DNA of 35,309 nt. Origin: Anaerolineae bacterium (lineage in GTDB: Bacteria; Chloroflexota; Anaerolineae; B4-G1; DUEL01). How positions within the stretch are numbered: the stretch's first letter is position 1; each line of letters begins with the position of its first letter. Made by a program: the position numbers and the translations under genes. The notes under the pieces are model-generated. The model did no database searches. It was given only the letters and a program-made list of their open reading frames with translations, and was not told the DNA's origin. The stretch covers positions 1 through 35,309 of the forward strand of contig JBDOIF010000066.1 in assembly GCA_041082215.1 (NCBI GenBank), written 5' to 3'. This document shows positions 25,260-32,438 of the stretch, in pieces.

Positions 25260-26648
25260 ATGCGGACAAAGGGGATCTGGCTGTTTCTCAGCGGCCTGCT
25301 GGGGCTGGTTCTGGCTGGCTGTCTGGCCCGGCCCGAAATCACCCCCCTGCCGCCCAGCCCGATGCTCCCGGCCGTCCCCACCCGCGCAGCGACCCCGATA
25401 CCCTCTACGGAAACCCCCGCCCCACAGGCCGATAGCAGTACCTGTATCGCCTGCCACACCGACGAGGAGACGCTGAAGGCGCTGGCCGTGGAGCCGGAGG
25501 AGGCCGAACACCTCTCCGAGGGGGAGGGCTGAGGGGGGTCGTTGCCTCCGGTGGAGGCTTGGGAGAAGGTCTTCTTAGATGACCAGGCGCTGGGCAGGGT
25601 GCATGCCGAACTGGGCTGCATCGCCTGCCATGGCGGCGTCGGGGGTGTCACGGATATGGCCGCCGCTCACGAGGGGGTGGTGCGCGACCCCGACCCGGCC
25701 CAGACCTGCGCGTCCTGCCACCAGGAGACGGTGCAGACCTACGGCGACAGCCTCCATGTGACGCTGGCTGGCTACTACACGGTGCTTCAGATGCGGAGCG
25801 ACGAGGAGCACTGGCCCCAGTTGATGGTCGCCTTCGATAACCACTGTGATGACTGCCATGCTTCCTGTGGTCAGTGCCACGTAAGCCGGCCCACGATCAA
25901 CGAGGGGGGCCTGCTGGCGCAGCACGAGTTCAAACAACTTCCCCCGATGAACCTGACCTGCACCGGATGCCACGGCAGCCGCGTCAACGACGAGTATAAG
26001 GGCAAGAACCAGACCGCCGACGGCGAGAAGGTCCCTGCCGACGTCCACTTCAACCCCGGCGGCATGGCCTGCTTTGCCTGCCACAGCGGGGACCAGATGC
26101 ACGGTGCGCTGGGAGTGGAGGATCACCGGTACGACGGCCCGCCCACTCCGTCCTGCACCCAGGAGGGCTGTCACGAGGAGATCGGGCCAGGGGACGGGAT
26201 CGCTTACCACACTGAGGAGCACATCGCCAGGGTGCAGTGCCAGGTCTGCCACGCGGCCCCCTACAAGCACTGTTACAACTGCCACGTCCAGCTCTCTGAT
26301 GAGGGCGTCCCGTTCTTCCGGACAGAACCCTCGGAGATCTTCCTCAGGATCGGGCGCAACCCCATCCAGAGCCCGGACCGGCCGTGGGAGTATGTGCTGG
26401 TGCGGCATGTGCCGGTGGCGCGGGATACCTTCGCCTACTACGGCGAGAACCTGCTAGCCAACTTCGATGCGCGGGAGACCTGGACCTACGCCACGCCCCA
26501 CACCATCCAGCGGCGCACCCCGCAGACGGCGTCCTGTGATTCCTGCCACGGCAACGCGGAGCTGTTCCTGACGGAAGCGTTCGTCCGCCAGCGGACGCCG
26601 GACGAGGTGGAGGCGAACCGCCGGGTTATCGTAGAGGAGGTTCCCTAG
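25260..26648 (+). CDS. Putative selenocysteine-containing multiheme c-type cytochrome lipoprotein (462 aa; Sec at codon 91, TGA 25530-25532)
   Basis: ORFs 25260-25532 and 25542-26648 are in frame: SEGEG-TGA-GGSLPPVEAWEK. The lipobox LAGC lies only in the first part. Ten CxxCH plus one CX4CH in total. SECIS-like hairpin downstream; homology to the neighbouring decaheme spans the TGA. Confidence 0.82.
25533..25558 (+). promoter_or_regulatory. Candidate bacterial SECIS element of the cytochrome
   Basis: GCCTCC-GGT-GGAGGC hairpin (25544-25558); the G-initiated loop starts 18 nt after the UGA. Confidence 0.68.
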
Positions 26649-26669
26649 AGGGGCGTAACGAAAATAGAG

Positions 26670-26707
26670 CAAAGCGGCGCGTCCTCTTGCAGAGACACGC
26701 CGCTTTG
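26670..26707. terminator. Probable bidirectional intrinsic terminator
   Basis: CAAAGCGGCG...CGCCGCTTTG inverted repeat between convergent genes, with short A/T flanks. Confidence 0.68.
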
Positions 26708-26718
26708 ACTATCCCGTT

Positions 26719-28455
26719 TCAACCCTCCGCTACTGCTGCTTCCGCTATGGCCGGTTTGCGCCACTTCCGCAGCCCCCAGCCGATCAACACCCCCAGCGGC
26801 GCCAGGATCACGCCCAGAAGTCCTGTCGGTATCATCTGCAGGAGGTCCATATAGTACTTGAAACCCAATTTCAGGTCGGGGATAGCCCAGGAGAAACGGA
26901 CGTTATATAGCCAGTAGAACAGGTCCACCTGGATCAGGAGGAGGTAGCCCACAAAGAAGGAGAAGGTGACCATCCGTTCCAGGGCCTGCAGCGGGGGCCG
27001 TTTCCAGGAGACCAGGGCCAGCAGAAGCCCTGCCACGACAAACGAGATGGCCGCGTCCAGCAGTCGCCCGTTGAAGAAGGCCTGGATCTGGGCCTCGGAG
27101 TTGAAGGCGGAGAGCGACCATGTGTGCCCCCGCCCGAAGAAGAGGCCGTTGTAGAAAGCAAAGTAAAGGAGGGCGAAGCCCAGCGGAAGCAGGGTCTGGC
27201 GCATCCGTCGCCGGAAGAGGAAGAGGTAGAGAAGGGGAACCAGGGCGATAGCCAGAGCGATGGGCAGTCGGGCGAGCCGTTCCCCCCAGAATCGCTTTGC
27301 CCGGGCCGACTGGGCCTGCCGGGTCAGCGCCTGCCAGAAGTTGGAGAGAGCCCCCTCTTCCCCCCGGGCCAGGCGCTCCCGATAGGCGCTCAGCAGGCCG
27401 CCGGCGAACGGTTTGACTCCCAGAGTCTGGGCATAGGCATCGTAGAACCCTGTCAGTTGCAGGCCGGCGTTCAGCCCAATGCGCCCTTTGGTTTCGGCGG
27501 ACGCCTCCAGCATTTCCACCAGTGGGCGGCCCTGGGCATGGACGGGGATGGGAAGGCCCAGCAGGGCAGCGATGGTTGGGGCAATGTCGGCCTGGAGCCG
27601 CTCCGTATAGAGCCCGGGGCGGATCGCCTTCCCCACCATCACCAGAGGGACGTGGAGGACGGAGGGCTCCCAGCCGCCATGCCCGCCGACGTCCACATGC
27701 CCGTGATCGGCGGTGACCAGCAGGACATCGGTCTCCCTGTTCAGCCGCTCCGCCACCCGGGCGGTATAACCGTCCACCCGCCGCACCTCATCCAGGTACT
27801 GGGAACTGACGCCGCCGTACAGGTGGGCCAGTTCGTCCGTCCCTCCAAAGTAGATCACGATGAGGCCTTCGGGATACTCGTCCAGCGCCTCCAGGCCCAG
27901 GCGAAGGCTCTCCTCGTCCATTTTGGCCCACTCTTCCGGTGGGACGTCCTCGTCCTCCGGACCGGGGACCCGGATGAAGTCGGTGAGGTGGGGACCGTAG
28001 AGCTTTTCCCACCCCTCGGTTCCCACAACGACGGCGGGCATTCCGGCATCCCGCGCAACCTTAAAAATAGTATCCACCTGAACCGGCCCTTCGTACCAGT
28101 TGGTGGTCACCCCGCTGATCTCCTGCCACACGCCCGATACAATGACCGTCCAGGAGGGGTAGGAGAGGGACGGCTGCCCTACCCGCACGGACAGATCGGC
28201 CCCTTGCTGACGGAGTCCCTCCAGCTCGGGCATCTGGCGGGATGCATCCAGCCGGAGGCCATCCACCAGGACCAGGACGACCCGTCGGGCCAGGGGCTCG
28301 GCTGCACTCCCCCGGGGGAGGCTGGTCAGGTAGGGGGTCTGGTACTCCACCACCGAGTCCCACCCCATCATGGCGAAGCCCTGGGCCTGGTAGCCGATGC
28401 CCGCCAGAATCAGGAGGACCAGCGCCAGAATCAGGATTTTTCCAACGCGAGCCAT
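26719..28455 (-). CDS. Alkaline-phosphatase-superfamily membrane protein (phosphodiesterase/phosphoester-transferase-like), 578 aa
   Basis: N-terminal TM/signal; LVDGLR, PSLSYP nucleophile loop, DELAH, TADHGH, GGHGG, QADIAPTIA; several C-terminal TM helices. Confidence 0.85.
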   Translation of the reverse strand: MARVGKILILALVLLILAGIGYQAQGFAMMGWDSVVEYQTPYLTSLPRGSAAEPLARRVVLVLVDGLRLDASRQMPELEGLRQQGADLSVRVGQPSLSYPSWTVIVSGVWQEISGVTTNWYEGPVQVDTIFKVARDAGMPAVVVGTEGWEKLYGPHLTDFIRVPGPEDEDVPPEEWAKMDEESLRLGLEALDEYPEGLIVIYFGGTDELAHLYGGVSSQYLDEVRRVDGYTARVAERLNRETDVLLVTADHGHVDVGGHGGWEPSVLHVPLVMVGKAIRPGLYTERLQADIAPTIAALLGLPIPVHAQGRPLVEMLEASAETKGRIGLNAGLQLTGFYDAYAQTLGVKPFAGGLLSAYRERLARGEEGALSNFWQALTRQAQSARAKRFWGERLARLPIALAIALVPLLYLFLFRRRMRQTLLPLGFALLYFAFYNGLFFGRGHTWSLSAFNSEAQIQAFFNGRLLDAAISFVVAGLLLALVSWKRPPLQALERMVTFSFFVGYLLLIQVDLFYWLYNVRFSWAIPDLKLGFKYYMDLLQMIPTGLLGVILAPLGVLIGWGLRKWRKPAIAEAAVAEG

Positions 28456-28483
28456 GGTGCACCTCCAGAAGTGGCAAATTTTG

Positions 28484-31027
28484 TCAGATTAACTCGACGC
28501 GCTCCGTCGTCAGAGAGCGGGCCTCATCGAGCGCGACCGGGCGGATGGTGATGGGGAAGCGCCCGTGCAGGGGGCTGATGCGCGCCCCCAGCGCGCTGGC
28601 TCCCCAGAAGAGCCAGGCCAGCGGCCGCACGAAGCCCGTCAGGTCTACCGCCCGCCGGACCTCCCTGAGCGTCTCCTCGTCCCATCCGCCGAAGAGGGCG
28701 TAGAAGAAGGCGAAAAGCGGGAAGGAGGGAAGGATACCGATGAAGAAGATGAGCACGCTGGTCACCTGGTCGCCCTGCCAGACCAGACCCGTGAGCCAGC
28801 GCAGGACCAGGTAGTGGGCCGCCCCTGCCAGGAGCGGCGCCCCCAGCGACTGCCAGAAATAGAACCGCTGGGGGAAACAGAGCCGGTCGCTGACGAAGTA
28901 GGCGACGATGTCTTTGGTCAGGAGGGCCACAAAGTAGGCGAAGATGAGGGCGTTGATCTGGTAGCGCCGCAGCAGGATGAGGGCCAGGAGGATGCGGATG
29001 AACTGCTCGCCTCCCACCAGGATGGACTTCAGGTAGGGACGGTTGGCCCCCAACTGGACGTTGTCCCCCACCCACGACGGATACTGGATGGCGCCCCAGA
29101 TGATGAGGGGGACGGCGTACGCGGCGGCGCGGACAAACTCCGGGCCCGAAGCGCCCAGGATGAACCGGTCGGCCACGGCGAGAAGCACCGCGCCAATGAA
29201 GGCGCTCATGATGCCGCCCCACTTGTAGGCCATCACCGAGTAGTACTGGCTCAGCACCTTCCGGGCGTGGGAGATGGCCTCGGAGATGGAGGACATCAGG
29301 TTGGAGTAGAGGGTTTGCAGGACATTGTAGGCGAAGATGAAGTTCTGGGCCAGGGTCCAGTTCCCCCAGACCTCGTTGTAGTTGACCAGCCGGGTCTGGG
29401 TGATGAGGATCTCCAGCGCCTGGCCCGCCGCCCAGGCGATGGACCCCAGCATCTCAAAGACGCCGAAGCGGAAGGCCTCTTTGACGATGCCCCAGTCAAA
29501 GTGGGCCAGGAAGAGGAGACGGGCGTTGTAGCCCAGACGACGGTAGAGCCACAGTCCCAGCAGGAAGGTGAGGAGTTCGGAGGCGTAGGCGGCCATCCCC
29601 AACCCCAGGACGCCGCCCATCGGCCCGCCGAAGATGGGGTGCGCCGCCCCCCATCGCACCATCAGCGTGACCAGCACCGGCTGGGTGACGATGGGGAAGA
29701 CGAGGTTCAGGGCGATATCCAGCATCTGGGCATAGTCAAACCGTTGCCAGGCCATCAGCCCGTGCCGCATCACCTGGTAGAAGCCGGGAATCTGGATGAA
29801 GGTGTGGATAATGACGCTCCAGGTATAGAGGGCGTAGGGGGTTTTCGGGAGGAACGTCCCCGCCAGCGCTGTCACCATCGCCACCTGGAACGCGCCGGAG
29901 AGGGCCTGCCACCAGACGAAGACCTGCCCGTACTGAATCGCCCGGCGGGGGTCGTGGACCCGGTACTGGGCGAAGAACTTGATGAAGGCGGAGCTGGTAC
30001 CCAGGTCGAAGAGGAGCCAGAGAAAGTTGAAGAACTGGACCACCCGCCCCCAGATGCCCAGCGCCTGGGCGGAGGGGAGGATGTAGACGGGGAGGACCAG
30101 GTTCTGGTAGATGATGAGGGGGATGAAGAGGACCAGCCCCATCATCAGGGCGACGAAGAAGCCCGCCAGGGGGCGGTGGAAGCCCACATCCTCCCAGGCC
30201 GTCCCGGCCTCCCGGGCGACGAAGTCCTGCCGGTCGGCCACCAGCACATCCAGCACCTCAGGGTGCGCACGGCTGTACCGTCGGACGGCCCAGAAGGCCA
30301 GCGCCGCCACCGCCAGCATCCCCGCCAGCAAAAGGTAGAGGACCAGCCGGTCCCGCGCATGGGGCACGGGAGAGGCCGCGTAGTCGGCAAAGGAGAGGGG
30401 CATCCGGCCTGCCGCCCGCATCGTCAGGTGGTAGATGAAGTAATTGAAATATGTCCAGCTCTGGAACTGAGGATTGGCCTCGTCCAGGAAGGCGTTGAAA
30501 ATGCAGGCCCGTCCGCCCAGGGCCGACCAGAGGACCCAGGAACCGTCCTCGAAGCCCACGACCAGCGGCGTGAGGGCCGAGACAGGCGTATCCACCTGGT
30601 AGCGCCCGCGGACCTGCGGCGCGCTGGTCCAGACGATCTCGGTCAGGACGGGGTCATCTATGCCTTCCACGGCGACCAGGCTGAGCGGCTCCTCCCGCGT
30701 CTCCAGCGTCACCGGGAAGCCCAGCAGGGTTTCCACCTTCCCGGCCGTCAGGTCTGGACCCAGGATGAGCACCAGCCCCGCGCCTTCCCGAACGCGGGCG
30801 CCGATCCCTTCGGGGTCGGGGACCACGCCGTTGAGGACGAAGACGTCGGCCTGAGCGGGGTCGGAGACGAGGTGAAAGCCGGGGTGCAGGGTGAGGGCGG
30901 TGAGCACTCCGCCTTCAGGCCCGGTGTAGTAGACCCGGATGGCATCGTCGGCGGCGGCGGGGAAGGCCGGGAGGAAGAGCAGGTGGGAAAGGAAAAGCGC
31001 GATCAAAACGGCACGGCATTTTGGCAT
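28484..31027 (-). CDS. Membrane protein: exported N-terminal domain fused to a MOP/Wzx flippase-like domain (847 aa)
   Basis: Start MPKCRAVLIAL at 31027 after GGAAAGGAG; signal peptide ending AFPAAA, soluble domain of roughly 200 aa, then many TMs with LPSAQALGIW...FDLGTSSAFIKFFAQYR resembling polysaccharide flippases. Confidence 0.65.
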   Translation of the reverse strand: MPKCRAVLIALFLSHLLFLPAFPAAADDAIRVYYTGPEGGVLTALTLHPGFHLVSDPAQADVFVLNGVVPDPEGIGARVREGAGLVLILGPDLTAGKVETLLGFPVTLETREEPLSLVAVEGIDDPVLTEIVWTSAPQVRGRYQVDTPVSALTPLVVGFEDGSWVLWSALGGRACIFNAFLDEANPQFQSWTYFNYFIYHLTMRAAGRMPLSFADYAASPVPHARDRLVLYLLLAGMLAVAALAFWAVRRYSRAHPEVLDVLVADRQDFVAREAGTAWEDVGFHRPLAGFFVALMMGLVLFIPLIIYQNLVLPVYILPSAQALGIWGRVVQFFNFLWLLFDLGTSSAFIKFFAQYRVHDPRRAIQYGQVFVWWQALSGAFQVAMVTALAGTFLPKTPYALYTWSVIIHTFIQIPGFYQVMRHGLMAWQRFDYAQMLDIALNLVFPIVTQPVLVTLMVRWGAAHPIFGGPMGGVLGLGMAAYASELLTFLLGLWLYRRLGYNARLLFLAHFDWGIVKEAFRFGVFEMLGSIAWAAGQALEILITQTRLVNYNEVWGNWTLAQNFIFAYNVLQTLYSNLMSSISEAISHARKVLSQYYSVMAYKWGGIMSAFIGAVLLAVADRFILGASGPEFVRAAAYAVPLIIWGAIQYPSWVGDNVQLGANRPYLKSILVGGEQFIRILLALILLRRYQINALIFAYFVALLTKDIVAYFVSDRLCFPQRFYFWQSLGAPLLAGAAHYLVLRWLTGLVWQGDQVTSVLIFFIGILPSFPLFAFFYALFGGWDEETLREVRRAVDLTGFVRPLAWLFWGASALGARISPLHGRFPITIRPVALDEARSLTTERVELI

Positions 31028-31182
31028 GGGGCTCCTTTCCGGCAAGGGTAAGCGGGAATATTTTATCCCAAACTGGAGCGGGAGCAACCTGGAGGGCCTG
31101 GAGCGATTGGGGAAGGGGACAGGGGGGAGGGGGGAGGTCGGCTCTCCCACCCTGTCCGAACTCTTGTCCGAACCCCAGAGCG

Positions 31183-31373
31183 GGGCGTATTTCAATTTCG
31201 GGGCGAGTGGTCCTCTCGCTCGCCGGTGGATCGCAAATCCCACGAATGGACCGAATATAACGAACAGGAGGGATCCCTGCTCCATTCGCGGTATTCGTTT
31301 CCATTGGCGCCATTCGTGTTCCCCAGGTCCGGCCCGGGCGGGGGACATCTCGCCCCCAAACTGAAATACACCT
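31183..31373. mobile_element. MITE-like element, copy 2
   Basis: Same TIRs (31184-31207, 31349-31372) and interior as copy 1; flanked by CCAGAGCG (31175-31182) and CCATAGCG (31374-31381). Confidence 0.82.
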
Positions 31374-31388
31374 CCATAGCGATCCGGT

Positions 31389-31416
31389 TTGACAGGACCA
31401 CGAAGTAGGCTATAAT
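31389..31416 (+). promoter_or_regulatory. Sigma70 promoter of fdhE-fdnG
   Basis: TTGACA-16 bp-TATAAT. Confidence 0.75.
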
Positions 31417-31446
31417 ACTTAACCTGTAGGCTATAATACTTAGCCT
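31405..31446 (+). repeat. 21-bp tandem duplication containing the -10 box
   Basis: GTAGGCTATAATACTTAACCT followed by GTAGGCTATAATACTTAGCCT (20/21). Confidence 0.9.
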
Positions 31447-31458
31447 GGGAGAAAAGAG

Positions 31459-32388
31459 TTGTCCTCCTATCCCGTACCTGAGGGTACTCTTCCTCACGGA
31501 CTTCCTTCGGTGCCCGCTGGAGCGGGGGTGCTGGCGGATGCACTGCGTCGCCGGATCGCCGGGCGGCCCGAACTGAAAGGGATGGTTACCCCTTATCTGG
31601 CCTTCCTGGAAGCACAGGCTGTGGTGGAATCCGCTCTTGTTCCGTCCGCGTCGGACGGAACCGAGGTGCGCGCCCGCCTGGATCGGGGTATCCCCGCGCT
31701 GGCCCCCGAGGACTTCCGGGCCGACCCGGAGGCCCTGCTGCGGCTGTGGGAGGAGGTCTGCGCGATTGCATCCCGTCACTTCCCCGACCTGGCCCCCGCG
31801 CTGGAATCCATCCGCCGCTGGCCCGACGGCCGGGAGGACGGCCTCCTCTCCGCCACCATCTACTACCTGCGGGGCGAGGCCGGTCTCCTGGCACAGGAGG
31901 CGGAGTTGGACGAATCCCTCTTCCAGTTCGTGCTCAACAACACCCTCCACCCCTTCCTGCGCCGCTATGCATCGGCCCTGGCCCCGCTGGTCAACCTGGA
32001 GACCTGGTATCGTCCCTATTGCCCGGTCTGCGGTGGGGAGCCGGACTTTGCCGCGCTGACCAAACCCCACGGCGCCCGTCGCCTCCTCTGCTCCCGCTGC
32101 GACTTTGAGTGGCCCTACCGGCGGACCTCCTGTCCCTTCTGCGGCAACGACAACCCCGACCAGTATCTGTACGTTCCCTCGGAGGACGGCATCTACCGCC
32201 TCTATCTCTGCGACCGTTGCCGCCGCTACCTGAAGGTGATAGACCTGCGGGAACTGGTGGAGGAGCCGCCGCTTCCGGTGGAGCGGATCCTCACCCTGCC
32301 GATGGACCTGGCAGCCCGGCGGGAGGGGTACGGAGTACGCAATACGCAACACATGACAGGAGGTGCCTATCGGAAAAACCGCCCCTGA
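31459..32388 (+). CDS. fdhE: Formate dehydrogenase accessory protein FdhE
   Basis: CPVCG, CSRCDFEW.YRR..CPFCG and CDRCRRYLKVID motifs; adjacent to the FDH alpha gene. The TTG start is uncertain. Confidence 0.9.
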   Translation: MSSYPVPEGTLPHGLPSVPAGAGVLADALRRRIAGRPELKGMVTPYLAFLEAQAVVESALVPSASDGTEVRARLDRGIPALAPEDFRADPEALLRLWEEVCAIASRHFPDLAPALESIRRWPDGREDGLLSATIYYLRGEAGLLAQEAELDESLFQFVLNNTLHPFLRRYASALAPLVNLETWYRPYCPVCGGEPDFAALTKPHGARRLLCSRCDFEWPYRRTSCPFCGNDNPDQYLYVPSEDGIYRLYLCDRCRRYLKVIDLRELVEEPPLPVERILTLPMDLAARREGYGVRNTQHMTGGAYRKNRP

Positions 32389-32438
32389 AGACCGGGAAAC
32401 CCTGACCGCTGAAACTCTGATTTCAGGAGGGTACAGCA

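Noticed and set aside
25530..25544. Nonsense mutation (pseudogene) or two independent genes at the cytochrome TGA
   Set aside because: Disfavoured, not excluded: GAGG does precede TTG 25542, but that product would lack an export signal, paralog homology spans the TGA, and a SECIS-like hairpin is correctly placed.
31405..31446. CRISPR-like repeat
   Set aside because: Only two abutting units, no spacers and no cas genes in the window.
31028..31543. N-terminal 172 aa of ORF 28484-31543, and ORF 31192-32439
   Set aside because: They run through the MITE, the fdhE promoter and antisense fdhE; the RBS and signal peptide support the start at 31027.
32409..32426. CTGAAA-N6-TTTCAG dyad touching the fdnG RBS
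   Set aside because: Only a 6-bp AT-rich stem seen once; too weak to call regulatory.
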